DNA of 44,304 nt from Casimicrobiaceae bacterium (GTDB lineage Bacteria; Pseudomonadota; Gammaproteobacteria; Burkholderiales; Casimicrobiaceae), in contig DATKLH010000607.1 in NCBI GenBank assembly GCA_035542515.1, positions 1-44,304 of the forward strand, given 5' to 3'. This document shows positions 9,336 to 19,784 of this stretch, piece by piece (within the stretch, counting starts at the first letter, position 1; each line of letters opens with the position of its first letter). The notes below the pieces were generated by a model, which was not told the origin of the DNA, did no database searches, and saw only the letters and a program-made list of their open reading frames with translations. The translations under genes were made by a program, and so were the position numbers.

Positions 9336-10730
9336 TCAGGGTGAGCGGCGCTTGAGCAGGAAAGCGTCGGGACGGTCTTCCACGTCCCATCCGGCGGCGT
9401 GGATGGCCGCGCGCAGGCGGTCCGCTTCCTTCCAGTCCCTCGCCTTGCGCGCGGCGGCGCGCGCCTGCGCCATCTGCTCGATCTCGGCCGGTGCCTGCTC
9501 CTGCATCGGCTGCCAGGTTGCGAGACCCAGGCCGAAGACCCGATCGAATCGCTCGAGTGTGGCGCGCTTCACCGGTTCGAGGAGGTCGCCGCGCAACGTC
9601 TCCCACGCCACGGCAAGTGCCCGCGGCAGGTTGAGGTCATCGTTGATCTCGGCGGTGAAGTGCTCCACCAACAGCGCATCGGGTTGCGCATCCGGACGAG
9701 CCTCCAGCGCGAGGAATCCGCGGCGCATCCGGTCGAGACCCGTTGCAGCCGCATCGAGCGCATCCCAGGTGAAGTTGAGCTGACTGCGATAGTGACCGGT
9801 CAGGCACAAATAGCGAAACGCGAGCGGGTCGTATCCGCGATCGATGAGCGCTTGTATGCGCAGGAACTCGCCCGCGGATTTCGCCATCTTGGCGTCGTTC
9901 TCGAGCAGGAAGTAGCCGTGCATCCAGAAGTTCGCGAGACGCGTTCCCACCCGCGCTTCGGTCTGGGCGATCTCGTTGGTGTGATGCACCGGGATGTGGT
10001 CCTCGCCGCCGCAGTGGATGTCGAAATAATCGCCGAGGTATTGCTGGGCCATCGCCGAGCATTCGATGTGCCACCCGGGGAATCCCATGCCCCATGGACT
10101 CGGCCATTCCATCTGGCGCTTCGCGCCCGGCGGCGAGAATTTCCACAATGCGAAGTCGGTGATGTTGCGCTTGTCGCCGAGCTCGACGCGCTTGCCCGCC
10201 TCGAGGCCGGCCTTGTCGAGGCGCGCGAGATAGCCGTAGTCGGCCTGCTTGCTCGTATCGAAGTAGATGCCGTCGGCCGTGCGGTAGGTGTAGCCGTTGC
10301 GCTCGAGATCGGCGATGAACTCGATCTGCTGGGCGATGTGATCGGTCGCGCGCGGGAGCACGGTGGGCGGCTCGATGTTGAGACGCTGCATGTCCTCGAG
10401 GAAGGCCTCGGTATAGAGCTTCGCGATGTCCCAGGCGGTCCGGCCGGTGCGGCGCGAGCCCTTTTCCATCTTGTCCTCGCCGGTGTCGGCGTCGGAGGTG
10501 AGATGACCCACGTCGGTGATGTTCATGACGTGCCGCACCGCGTAACCGTTCCACTCGAGCACGCGCTTGAGCTCGTCCTCGAACAGGAACGTGCGGAAAT
10601 TGCCGATGTGCTGGTAGTCGTACACCGTCGGTCCGCACGTGTAGATGCCAACCGCGGCGCCGGCGCGCAACGGCTCGAAAACGCGCAGGCTGCGCGTGAA
10701 ATTGTCGTAGAGCTTGAGCGGGGCGGGCAC
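9336..10730 (-). CDS. cysS: cysteine--tRNA ligase
   Basis: YTCGPTVYDYQHIGN (HIGH motif), DFALWK, GFPGWHIECSAM, DIHCGGEDH, KMAKS (KMSKS motif). GTG start is approximate. Confidence 0.96.
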   Translation of the reverse strand: MPAPLKLYDNFTRSLRVFEPLRAGAAVGIYTCGPTVYDYQHIGNFRTFLFEDELKRVLEWNGYAVRHVMNITDVGHLTSDADTGEDKMEKGSRRTGRTAWDIAKLYTEAFLEDMQRLNIEPPTVLPRATDHIAQQIEFIADLERNGYTYRTADGIYFDTSKQADYGYLARLDKAGLEAGKRVELGDKRNITDFALWKFSPPGAKRQMEWPSPWGMGFPGWHIECSAMAQQYLGDYFDIHCGGEDHIPVHHTNEIAQTEARVGTRLANFWMHGYFLLENDAKMAKSAGEFLRIQALIDRGYDPLAFRYLCLTGHYRSQLNFTWDALDAAATGLDRMRRGFLALEARPDAQPDALLVEHFTAEINDDLNLPRALAVAWETLRGDLLEPVKRATLERFDRVFGLGLATWQPMQEQAPAEIEQMAQARAAARKARDWKEADRLRAAIHAAGWDVEDRPDAFLLKRRSP

Positions 10731-11021
10731 GATCGAGATCTGAAGACAGAACTGCGGCAGACGACGGCGAGACGCCGCGGTTGTTGCGACTATGCCAGGC
10801 AAGTCCGACCCGGCGATCGATAACGACGTCGTCGGAACCCGCGCATGCGCGCTGATCGACGCTTTGCAGGACTGCGGTCAGGTTCCGATGTTACCGTAAT
10901 CGCGCGGCGCCCCAGGGCACCCGCGGATCGCAGCTTGCGCGACAGGCGAAACCCGTCGACGCGTCCCAGTACAATGCGCGCGCACCACGAGGTTCGCTGC
11001 CTGTGGGGCACACCCCGTCCG

Positions 11022-12695
11022 ATGTACGCGCATCTTTCCCGTCGCAGCTGGCTGTTGGTGGCCCTGGTAGCCACCGTCGTGTGGTTCGTGAACCTGGACG
11101 GTCGCCGGCTCCAGCATCCCGACGAAGGGCGTTACGCGGAGATTCCGCGCGAGATGGTCGCCACGGGGGACTGGGTCACGCCGAGGCTCAACGGTCTCAA
11201 GTATTTCGAGAAACCGGCACTGCAGTATTGGTTGACCGCGGCGACGTACGAAGCGTTCGGGGTGTCGGAGTGGACCGCGCGAGTTGCGCCTGCGCTGCTT
11301 GCGTGGCTTGCCGTGTTCGCGATCGGGTACGCAGGCACACGCATCGCGGGAACCGCGAGCGGCCTCTACGCGGCCCTCGCGCTCGGCAGCACGCTGTGGT
11401 ACGCGGGCATGGCCCAGATCCTCACGCTCGACGCGACGCTGGCCGCATGGCTTGCGTTCGCGTTGTCCGCATTCCTGGCTGCGCAGTCGGCGCAGGCGAG
11501 CGCGCCGCGGGCGCGCCGCCTCATGTGGCTTGCCTGGGCCGCGATCGCCGCCGGCGTGCTGACCAAAGGGCTGGTCGCGCTTGTGATCCCAGGCGGTGCA
11601 CTCGTGTTCTATACGTTGGCGACGCGCGATTTCGCGTTATGGCGCCGCCTGCACCTTGTCTCGGGACTGGCGATCGTGATCGTGCTGTGTGCGCCGTGGT
11701 TCGTGATCGTCTCGCTGCGCAATCCCGAGTTCGCATGGTTCTTTTTCATTCACGAGCATTTCCAGCGCTTTCTAACGACCGAGCACCGCCGCGTGGGCGC
11801 GTGGTGGTACTTCGTGCCATTGCTGATCGTCGGTCTGGTGCCGTGGGTGGGACTGTTCTTCTGGCGCCTGCCCGCTGCCTGGCGCGCGCGCACGCGCGAA
11901 TCCAACGGGTTCGAATGGCAGCGCTTCTGCATCGCGTGGATCCTGTTCGTGTTCCTGTTCTTCAGCATGTCCGGGTCCAAGCTGCCCTCGTACATCCTCC
12001 CGCTATTTCCGGCCGCTGCGCTCCTCATCGGTCATCAACTGGCCACCGTCGGCGACCGCCCGCTGCGCTGGCTGCTCGCTTCGCTCGCCCTGAGCAGCAC
12101 GCTGGTGGCGGCTGCGGCCCTGTTGGGTTACGACGCGCTCGTCGCGCGCGTGGCGACGCCGCAGACGCCCGTCGCGATCTACGTGGCGTTCGCGCCCTGG
12201 GTCAAGGCAGGCATGGCATTGCTCGCCGCCGGTACGATCGCCGCCTGGCTGATCTTCCGCAAGCCGTCGTCGACCCGAAGAACGGTGGTCGTCATCGTCG
12301 TGTCGCTGAGCATGCTCGGCGCGCTGCAATTGTGGCTCGCGGGCAACGATGCTTTCCGGGTCACGCGTTCGGCTGCCGATCTGGTGCGGACCCTGAGGCA
12401 GGGGTCGTATGATGCGTCGGCGCCGTTCTACCAGGTGCGCATGTATGACCAGACCCTGCCCTTCTACCTCGGCCGCACCACCACGCTGGTCGCCTATCGC
12501 GACGAGCTCGCGCTCGGCCTCGACGCCGAGCCCGACAAAGGCATCGCTACCGAGACGCAATGGCAGGACCGATGGAACGCCTTGCCACAAGGATATGCGT
12601 TGATGAGTCCCGGCACGTTCGACCGGTTGCGCGCCAGCGTGCCGATGCGCGAGATCGCGCGCGATCCGCGTCGCGTCCTGGTCGCGCGCCAATGA
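11022..12695 (+). CDS. arnT: ArnT-like 4-amino-4-deoxy-L-arabinose transferase (GT-C fold)
   Basis: PDEGRYAEIPREM...DWVTPRLNGLKYFEKP, LTKG, SKLPSYILP; many TM segments; heads the arn cluster. Confidence 0.88.
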   Translation: MYAHLSRRSWLLVALVATVVWFVNLDGRRLQHPDEGRYAEIPREMVATGDWVTPRLNGLKYFEKPALQYWLTAATYEAFGVSEWTARVAPALLAWLAVFAIGYAGTRIAGTASGLYAALALGSTLWYAGMAQILTLDATLAAWLAFALSAFLAAQSAQASAPRARRLMWLAWAAIAAGVLTKGLVALVIPGGALVFYTLATRDFALWRRLHLVSGLAIVIVLCAPWFVIVSLRNPEFAWFFFIHEHFQRFLTTEHRRVGAWWYFVPLLIVGLVPWVGLFFWRLPAAWRARTRESNGFEWQRFCIAWILFVFLFFSMSGSKLPSYILPLFPAAALLIGHQLATVGDRPLRWLLASLALSSTLVAAAALLGYDALVARVATPQTPVAIYVAFAPWVKAGMALLAAGTIAAWLIFRKPSSTRRTVVVIVVSLSMLGALQLWLAGNDAFRVTRSAADLVRTLRQGSYDASAPFYQVRMYDQTLPFYLGRTTTLVAYRDELALGLDAEPDKGIATETQWQDRWNALPQGYALMSPGTFDRLRASVPMREIARDPRRVLVARQ

Positions 12696-12898
12696 AAGGC
12701 GCGCTCGTGTCCCGCTCCGGAGCTGGCTCGCCAAACTACCGCAGGGGAGGCGCGAAGCCCCAGGCCGGAGCGGCGAAACCGGCGCGCTGCGCGAAGCGGG
12801 CCGCGGCGGATATCGGGAATACGCGCACGATCCGTGACCATGCCGCACGGCCTTTCACGTCTGCCTTGGTGCAAGCTGTTTCCAGGACGAGACACTAG

Positions 12899-13270
12899 AT
12901 GACCCTCGCAGCGTTCAGCTTCCTGTTCACCGGCGTGGTGCTCAACGCCTTCGCACAGATCCTGCTCAAATCGGGCACCAACGCGCTGGGCGTGATCTCG
13001 ATCACGCGGGATAATTGGAGCGACATGCTGCTGCGCATGGCGACGCAGGGATATTTCGTCGCCGGGGTGGCGTGCTACGTCGTGAGCCTGCTCGTGTGGA
13101 TCGTCGGCCTGTCGCGTGTGCCGGTATCGATGGCGTACCCGATGCTCTCGCTCGGATACGTCGTCAACGCGATCGCGGCCTACTACCTGCTCGGCGAAGC
13201 GATCACCTTGCAGCGCTCACTCGGTATCGGCTTCATCCTCGTCGGCGTGTGGCTGGTCGCACGGAGCTAG
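12899..13270 (+). CDS. SMR/EamA-type undecaprenyl-phosphate-Ara4N flippase subunit (ArnE/ArnF-like)
   Basis: Four TM segments, AQILLK, LSRVPVSMAYPMLSLGYV; arn cluster context. Confidence 0.85.
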   Translation: MTLAAFSFLFTGVVLNAFAQILLKSGTNALGVISITRDNWSDMLLRMATQGYFVAGVACYVVSLLVWIVGLSRVPVSMAYPMLSLGYVVNAIAAYYLLGEAITLQRSLGIGFILVGVWLVARS

Positions 13271-13275
13271 GGCGC

Positions 13276-14415
13276 ATGCTCAAGTTCGCAAGTCCCGTTC
13301 TCGACGAGGAGACCATCGCCGGCGTGGCGGAGGTGCTGCGCTCGGGGCACATCACCAGCGGTCCGTGGGTCGAACGCTTCGAGGCCGACCTCACGAGCTT
13401 CTGCGAAGGACGGCCGGTGCGCGTGGTCACCTCGGCCACCGCCGCGGTGGAAATCGCGCTGCAGCTTGCCGGCATAGGTCCCGGCGACGAGGTCATCACC
13501 TGCGCCCAAAGCTTCTTCACGGTGTCCAACATGATCGTGAAGGTCGGCGCGACGCCGGTTTTCGTCGATTGCGACCTGGTGACCCGAAACATCGACCTCG
13601 ACCACGTCGCCAAACGCATCGGGCCGCGCACGAAAGCCATCATCCCGACGCACTGGCCCGGTTCGCTCGGCGATCTCGACGCGCTTTACGCATTGGCGCA
13701 GCGCCATGGCACGCGCGTCATCGAAGATGCCGCGCTGGTCATGGGATCGCGATGGAAGGGCCGACCGGTGGGCGCTATCGGAGACCTGGTCGCGTTCAGC
13801 TTCCACCCCAACAAGAACATCACCACCATCGAGGGTGGCGCGCTCGTGTGCAACGACGATGCCGAAGCGCGGCGCGTCGAGACGCTGCGTTTCCACGGCA
13901 TCACGCGCATGGCCGACGGCACGCGCGATGTCGTATTTCCCGGCGGGAAATTCAACCTGCCCGACGTCAATGCCCGTATCGGCGTCTCGCAGCTGCGGCG
14001 CCTTCCCGAGTTCCTTGCGCGCCGGCGCGAGCTCGTCGATCGATACTTCGAGCGCTTCGCAACCGACCCGGCGTGCATCCTTCCACCGGCTCCCGCGCGC
14101 GACGACGGGCAGTCGTGGAACATGTTCTCCGTTCTCCTGCCGCTGGATCGCCTCGCCATCACGCGCAAGGGGTTTCGCGACGCACTCGCGCAACGCGGCA
14201 TCGCGACCGGCGTGTCGTACGAGGCGCTGCACCTGACCACCCTCGGCAAGCGCTTCGGCTATCATCGTGGCGACCTCCCGGTCAGCGAGCGCATCGCCGA
14301 CAGCACCGTGACCTTGCCACTGCATCCCGCCATGACTCGCGATGATGTCGATCGCGTGTGCGCGGCCTGCGCGGAGGTCATCGCGCAGAATCGCAAGGAT
14401 GCGCCGTCGACATGA
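13276..14415 (+). CDS. arnB: DegT/DnrJ PLP aminotransferase (ArnB-like)
   Basis: LRSGHITSGP, IEDAA, FSFHPNKNITTIEGG. Confidence 0.85.
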   Translation: MLKFASPVLDEETIAGVAEVLRSGHITSGPWVERFEADLTSFCEGRPVRVVTSATAAVEIALQLAGIGPGDEVITCAQSFFTVSNMIVKVGATPVFVDCDLVTRNIDLDHVAKRIGPRTKAIIPTHWPGSLGDLDALYALAQRHGTRVIEDAALVMGSRWKGRPVGAIGDLVAFSFHPNKNITTIEGGALVCNDDAEARRVETLRFHGITRMADGTRDVVFPGGKFNLPDVNARIGVSQLRRLPEFLARRRELVDRYFERFATDPACILPPAPARDDGQSWNMFSVLLPLDRLAITRKGFRDALAQRGIATGVSYEALHLTTLGKRFGYHRGDLPVSERIADSTVTLPLHPAMTRDDVDRVCAACAEVIAQNRKDAPST

Positions 14416-15428
14416 ACGACGACGCGCGTACCGACGGCCCGGCGTTGTCGGTGGTCATCCCGGTCTATAACGAGGAACAGAGCCTCCCCGCGCTGTTCGA
14501 CCGGCTCTACCCCGCGCTCGACGCGCTGGGAACGTCCTACGAGATCCTGTTCGTCAACGACGGCAGCCAGGATCGCTCCGCCGCACTGCTCAAGGACCAA
14601 TACCTCGCGCGGCCCGACGTCACTCGCGTGATCCTGTTCAATGCCAACTTCGGCCAGCACATCGCAATCATCGCCGGGTTCGAGCGGGTTCGGGGCCATC
14701 GGATCGTCACGCTGGATGCCGATCTGCAAAACCCGCCCGAGGAGATCGGCAAGCTGCTCGCCGCGATGGACGGCGGCGCCGATTACGTGGGCGGCGTGCG
14801 CGTGAGCCGCGAGGACGCCTGGTGGCGACGGACCGCGTCGCGTGCGATGAATCGAATCCGCGAGCGCATCACGCGCATCCGGATGACCGACCAGGGATGC
14901 ATGCTTCGTGCCTACTCGCGTGAGATCGTCGACGCCGTGGCGGCGAGCCGCGAGACCAGCACATTCATTCCGGCGCTCGCGTACACCTTCGCGCATTCGC
15001 CCACCGAAGTCGATGTCGCTCACGAGGAGCGGGTGGCGGGCAAGTCCAAGTATTCGCTGTACAAGCTGATCCGGCTGAATTTCGACCTGGTGACCGGCTT
15101 CTCGCTGGTGCCGCTGCAGCTGTTCTCGATGTTCGGAATGCTGGTCTCGATCGTCGCGCTGTTGACCTATGTCGGCGTGATCGTCTATCGCATCGGCTTC
15201 GCCGAATGGCGCGGCGACCTGCGCGTCCTTTGGGATCGCGACATCCTCGCCTTTTTCCTGATCGGCGTCCTTCTGTTCGGTCTCGGGCTGGTAGGGGAAT
15301 ACGTAGGGCGGATCTACCAGCAGGTGCGCGAGCGGCCGAGGTACACGATCCGGGCGGTTCTCGAGCGACGCGAAGACCGCGGACAACAGCGAGCGGACCA
15401 CATGGAACACGGAGTGAAGTCGCGATGA
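14412..15428 (+). CDS. arnC: undecaprenyl-phosphate Ara4FN transferase (GT2)
   Basis: LSVVIPVYNEE, VNDGSQD, NFGQH, TLDADLQNPPEEI, TDQGCMLRAY; two C-terminal TM segments. Confidence 0.9.
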   Translation: MNDDARTDGPALSVVIPVYNEEQSLPALFDRLYPALDALGTSYEILFVNDGSQDRSAALLKDQYLARPDVTRVILFNANFGQHIAIIAGFERVRGHRIVTLDADLQNPPEEIGKLLAAMDGGADYVGGVRVSREDAWWRRTASRAMNRIRERITRIRMTDQGCMLRAYSREIVDAVAASRETSTFIPALAYTFAHSPTEVDVAHEERVAGKSKYSLYKLIRLNFDLVTGFSLVPLQLFSMFGMLVSIVALLTYVGVIVYRIGFAEWRGDLRVLWDRDILAFFLIGVLLFGLGLVGEYVGRIYQQVRERPRYTIRAVLERREDRGQQRADHMEHGVKSR

Positions 15429-15483
15429 CGCATGTTTTTCTCCGCTGCGCTCGTGCTCCGCGTAGTCGCGTGCCTGCCGGTCG

Positions 15484-16398
15484 ATGACCACCGCGGTCGT
15501 CTTCGCCTACCACAACGTCGGCGTGCGCTGCCTGAAGGTGCTGCTGGCGCATGAGGTGCACATTCCCCTCGTGGTGACACACGCGGACGATCCTGCGGAG
15601 AATCGTTGGTTCGACAGTGTCGCGGAGGTCGCTGCCGACTACGACCTGCGCTGCATCGCTCCCCATGACGCGAACGACGCTGCTGTCGTGAGGGCTGTTG
15701 TCGAGGCACAACCTGATTTCCTCTTCAGCTTCTACTATCGTCGCATGCTGGGCGCGGAGCTGGTGGGCGCGCCATCGCGCGGTGCGCTGAACATGCACGG
15801 ATCGTTGTTGCCCCAGTATCGCGGGCGCGCGCCGGTGAACTGGGCCGTGCTGCGTGGCGAGCGACAGACCGGCGCGACGCTGCACTTCATGGCCGGCAAA
15901 CCGGACGCAGGCGATATCGTCGCGCAACAGGCCGTGCCGATCCTGCCCGACGATACCGCGAAGCAGGTCTTCGACAAGGTCACCGTCGCAGCCGAGATCG
16001 CACTGGATGCGGTCCTGCCGGCATTGATCGCCGGTACCGCACCGCGGCGGCACAACGACATCGCCAGCGGCTCGTATTTCGGAGGACGCAGGCCCGAAGA
16101 CGGTCGCATCGATTGGAGCCAAAGCGCGATGGACGTGCACAACCTCGTGCGTGCCGTTGCGCCTCCCTATCCGGGGGCATTCACGAACATCGCTGGTCGG
16201 CCTGCGCGCGTTCTCGCGTCGCGCGTGCTCGACCAAGGCCATGAGCGCCAAACGCCGCGGCTCGATTGGAGCGGCGAGGTGCTTCGCGCCCGATGCGGCG
16301 GCGGCGGTACGCTGGCAATCCGCGCGCTGGAGGTCGACGGGGTGCCGATCGATCGCGCAACGTTCATCCGCCGGTTCGGGGCGACGGTGGATCTATGA
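15484..16398 (+). CDS. UDP-Ara4N formyltransferase (stand-alone ArnA N-terminal domain)
   Basis: AVVFAYHNVG, FSFYYR, NMHGSLLPQYRGRAPVNW, GGRRPEDG. Confidence 0.9.
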   Translation: MTTAVVFAYHNVGVRCLKVLLAHEVHIPLVVTHADDPAENRWFDSVAEVAADYDLRCIAPHDANDAAVVRAVVEAQPDFLFSFYYRRMLGAELVGAPSRGALNMHGSLLPQYRGRAPVNWAVLRGERQTGATLHFMAGKPDAGDIVAQQAVPILPDDTAKQVFDKVTVAAEIALDAVLPALIAGTAPRRHNDIASGSYFGGRRPEDGRIDWSQSAMDVHNLVRAVAPPYPGAFTNIAGRPARVLASRVLDQGHERQTPRLDWSGEVLRARCGGGGTLAIRALEVDGVPIDRATFIRRFGATVDL

Positions 16399-16472
16399 CC
16401 CGGGCTTCGTATGCGACACCACGGCGCCTCGCCCAAGTCTGATCCCTGCTACCCGAGCTCCGATCCCTGATC

Positions 16473-17516
16473 ATGAAACGCGTCCTCATCCTCGGCGTCA
16501 ACGGCTTCATCGGCCATCACCTGTCGCATCGAATCCTCGCGTCCACGCCGTGGGAGATCTACGGCATGGACATGCAGAACGATCGCATCGCCGAGCTGGT
16601 GGGCGAGCCGCGCTTTCGTTTTTTCGAAGGCGACATCACGATCAACCGCGAATGGATCGAGTACCACGTCAAGAAGTGCGACGTGCTGCTGCCGCTGGTG
16701 GCGATCGCCACGCCTGCGACGTACGTGAGCGATCCGCTGCGGGTGTTCGAGCTCGACTTCGAAGCGAACCTCCCGATCATCCGGGCAGCGGTGCGCTACC
16801 ACAAGCGCGTGGTCTTTCCTTCGACCTCGGAGGTCTACGGGATGTGTCCCGACGCGCAGTTCGATCCCGAGCACTCGACGCTGGTGCTTGGCCCGATCAA
16901 CAAGCCGCGCTGGATCTATTCCTGCGCCAAGCAGCTCATGGACCGCGTGATCCACGCCTACGGAATGCAGCAGGGCCTCGATTTCACCTTGTTCCGGCCG
17001 TTCAACTGGATCGGCGCGGGGCTCGACTCGATCAACGCGCCCAAGGAAGGCAGCTCGCGCGTGATCACCCAGTTCCTCGGTCATATCGTGCGCGGCGAGC
17101 CGATCAAGCTCGTCGACGGCGGCACGCAGAAGCGGGCCTTCACCTACATCGACGATGGCATCGATGCGCTGATGAACATCATCGAGAACCGCGAAGGCAT
17201 CGCGTCGGGCAAGATCTACAACATCGGGAATCCCGACAACAATTATTCGGTGCGCGAGCTCGCGGAGATGATGCTGCGCATCGCCAACGAATATCCGGAG
17301 TATCGCGAGACGGCGACCCAGGTCCGGCTCGTCGAGACCACCGCCGAGGCGTACTACGGCAAGGGTTACCAGGACGTGCAGAACCGCGTACCGAAGATCG
17401 ACAACACCATGACCGATCTGGGCTGGCGACCGCAGGTGGGCATGGACGACGCCCTGCGCCGCATCTTCGAGGCGTATCGCGGCCACGTGGCGGATGCGCG
17501 CGCGTTGGTGGAATGA
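16473..17516 (+). CDS. UDP-glucuronate decarboxylase/oxidase (stand-alone ArnA C-terminal domain)
   Basis: VLILGVNGFIGHHL, LPLVAIATP, FPSTSEVYG, RWIYSCAKQL, FRPFNW, YGKGYQDV. Confidence 0.93.
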   Translation: MKRVLILGVNGFIGHHLSHRILASTPWEIYGMDMQNDRIAELVGEPRFRFFEGDITINREWIEYHVKKCDVLLPLVAIATPATYVSDPLRVFELDFEANLPIIRAAVRYHKRVVFPSTSEVYGMCPDAQFDPEHSTLVLGPINKPRWIYSCAKQLMDRVIHAYGMQQGLDFTLFRPFNWIGAGLDSINAPKEGSSRVITQFLGHIVRGEPIKLVDGGTQKRAFTYIDDGIDALMNIIENREGIASGKIYNIGNPDNNYSVRELAEMMLRIANEYPEYRETATQVRLVETTAEAYYGKGYQDVQNRVPKIDNTMTDLGWRPQVGMDDALRRIFEAYRGHVADARALVE

Positions 17517-17651
17517 AGCGCAAGAAGCACGGTTGGACACTGCTGGCTCGTGTACTCGGACGTATTTCCGATCGAAGGGCCGTCTAGATCTCGCGCCAGC
17601 TTTCGGCTGGACGCCCTAGCCTTCAATCGTTAGCCCCAACCCCGCCCTTCA

Positions 17652-18584
17652 ATGCTGCTGTCCCTGAAAATCGACGTCGACACGCTCCGCGGCACCCGCG
17701 AAGGCGTGCCCGCGCTGCTCGAGTTGCTGCGCAAGCACGAGGTCACGGCGACTTTCCTCTTCTCGCTGGGACCGGATCACACCGGGCGCGCGATCAAGCG
17801 GGTGCTCAGACGCGGCTTCGTCGGCAAAGTGAGGCGTACCTCGGTCGTGAAGCACTACGGCGTACGCACACTGTTATACGGCACGCTGTTGCCAGGCCCT
17901 GACATCGGTCGGCGCGCAGCCGACGTCATGCGGGCGGTGCGCGACGCCGGTCACGAGACGGGCATTCACTGCTGGGACCACGTGCGCTGGCAGGACGGCG
18001 TGATGAACGCGGGCGAGGAATGGACGCGGCGGGAAATGACGCGTGCCGCCGAGCGCTACACCGACATCTTCAAGGAACCGCCGCGCACGCACGGTGCGGC
18101 CGGCTGGCAGATGAACGTGCACGCGCTGCGCCTGACGCAAAGACTGGGGTTCGACTATTGCTCGGACGGGCGCGGCGAACATCCGCACCTGCCCGTGTGG
18201 AACGCCGAGCTCGTTCGTTGTCCGCAATTTCCCACGACCCTGCCCACGCTCGACGAGCTGATCGGCGCCAACGGCATCACGGAGGAGAACGTGGCGGTGC
18301 ATCTGCTCGAGATGACGGTCGAGTCGCGGTGGGGAGCGCACGTCTTCACCCTGCACGCCGAACTGGAAGGCATGCGGCTCGCGAACGTGCTCGAGCAGTT
18401 GATCATCGGCTGGAAAGCCCAGGGCTGGACGCTCGGTTCCACGCGCATGATGTACGAAGCCGTCGAGCCGTTCGCTCTGCCGCGTTGCACGGCTGTGCTC
18501 GGCGAGATCCCGGGCCGCACCGGCAAGCTGCTGCTGCAAGGCGGGGAGTTCCTCGGCGAGGTCGATCTCGCCGACGCAGCTTGA
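17652..18584 (+). CDS. arnD: Ara4FN-phosphoundecaprenol deformylase (polysaccharide deacetylase family)
   Basis: LKIDVDTLRGTREGVP, FSLGPDHTGRA, GIHCWDHVRWQD, FTLHAELEG. Confidence 0.9.
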   Translation: MLLSLKIDVDTLRGTREGVPALLELLRKHEVTATFLFSLGPDHTGRAIKRVLRRGFVGKVRRTSVVKHYGVRTLLYGTLLPGPDIGRRAADVMRAVRDAGHETGIHCWDHVRWQDGVMNAGEEWTRREMTRAAERYTDIFKEPPRTHGAAGWQMNVHALRLTQRLGFDYCSDGRGEHPHLPVWNAELVRCPQFPTTLPTLDELIGANGITEENVAVHLLEMTVESRWGAHVFTLHAELEGMRLANVLEQLIIGWKAQGWTLGSTRMMYEAVEPFALPRCTAVLGEIPGRTGKLLLQGGEFLGEVDLADAA

Positions 18585-18615
18585 GCGCATCATCGAATCG
18601 TGTGAAGGAGAAGAC

Positions 18616-19074
18616 ATGACAGCAGTAGGCAAAAAAGTGGCCAGCTTCAGTGCTCCGTCGACGGGCGGCACGTTCAAGCTGTCGGACTATGCGGGCAAGC
18701 CGGTGGTCCTCTACTTCTATCCCAAGGACAACACGCCCGGGTGCACCACCGAGGGTGCGAACTTTCGCGATCTGCATGCCAAGTTCGCGAAGCACGGGGC
18801 GATCATCGCTGGCGTCTCGCGCGACTCGCTGAAGTCGCACGAGGGCTTCAAGGCCAAGATGGGCTTTCCCTTCGAGCTCATCTCGGATCCCGACGAGAAG
18901 CTTTGCACGCAATTCGACGTGATCAAGATGAAGAACATGTACGGGCGCCAGGTGCGCGGCATCCAGCGCAGCACGTTCCTGATCGACGGCAGCGGCAAAC
19001 TGGTGCGCGAATGGCGCGGGGTCAAGGTTCCAGGACACGCGCAGGAAGTTCTCGACACGGTCGCCGAGCTCTAG
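18616..19074 (+). CDS. bcp: peroxiredoxin Bcp
   Basis: VVLYFYPKDNTPGCTTE; AAGGAG RBS. Confidence 0.92.
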   Translation: MTAVGKKVASFSAPSTGGTFKLSDYAGKPVVLYFYPKDNTPGCTTEGANFRDLHAKFAKHGAIIAGVSRDSLKSHEGFKAKMGFPFELISDPDEKLCTQFDVIKMKNMYGRQVRGIQRSTFLIDGSGKLVREWRGVKVPGHAQEVLDTVAEL

Positions 19075-19092
19075 CCTTGCGCGTGCGCGAGT

Positions 19093-19572
19093 TCAGCGCT
19101 TGCGCTGCAGCTCGAGCGGCTCTTCGTTGAAGAGCTTCGGATCGGAACTGTGCCGACGCAGCGCGGCTTGCGCATCGCGCGGGCTATGAACCGCCTTGTC
19201 GGGAATCGTCTTGTTCGACACCGAAAGCGCCCGGAGTCGCTTGCCGTCGGGTGACAGCTCGTAGGAGATGTAGCTGAACTTGCGCTCGGGCCGCTCGAGG
19301 TCCTGCACGCTGACCAGCGATCGACCATCGAGGTCGGAATGCCACGCCTGGAACAGCTCGCCGTTGTAATCGATCACGTAGGTGCGCCGGTCGAGCTTGC
19401 GGACCTTGACCTGCTCCTTGCCGTCCGCGGATGTCCAATCGCCGATCAGTCGAGGGTCGACCTCACGCGTCGGTTGCGCGGTGATCGGCGCGTCGTAGAT
19501 GCAGGCAGCGAGCATGCTCGCCACGGCAACGATCGCCAGGGTACGAATCAGCGCGCGGGCGGCCTTCACCAT
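19093..19572 (-). CDS. hypothetical lipoprotein
   Basis: Lipobox MLAAC after a hydrophobic signal; DPRLIGDW (lipocalin-like LxGxW); typical codon usage. Confidence 0.7.
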   Translation of the reverse strand: MVKAARALIRTLAIVAVASMLAACIYDAPITAQPTREVDPRLIGDWTSADGKEQVKVRKLDRRTYVIDYNGELFQAWHSDLDGRSLVSVQDLERPERKFSYISYELSPDGKRLRALSVSNKTIPDKAVHSPRDAQAALRRHSSDPKLFNEEPLELQRKR

Positions 19573-19702
19573 CGTCGTAATCGTCACGGTCGGGAGGATC
19601 ATTGTGACGCGGCGATGACGATGCGCGTACGACCGGCCGGCGGCTCCCTGTGCGGTTTACACCACAAACTGTGGGGCCGGCAACCACTCGGCAGCACAAG
19701 GC

Positions 19703-19731
19703 TTGTGCCCGGGCGGAATCGAGCCTACATT
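19703..19731 (+). promoter_or_regulatory. putative sigma70 promoter of the PhoH gene
   Basis: TTGTGC-N17-TACATT, about 55 bp upstream of ATG 19785. Confidence 0.45.
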
Positions 19732-19784
19732 AGGTAAGAGCGGCGCGTTACGTTCACGTCGCGACTTAAAGATTCCGGAGGCCC

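Noticed and set aside
11022-18584. Split arnA and a single flippase gene as a novelty
   Set aside because: This arrangement is already known from Burkholderiales Ara4N clusters.
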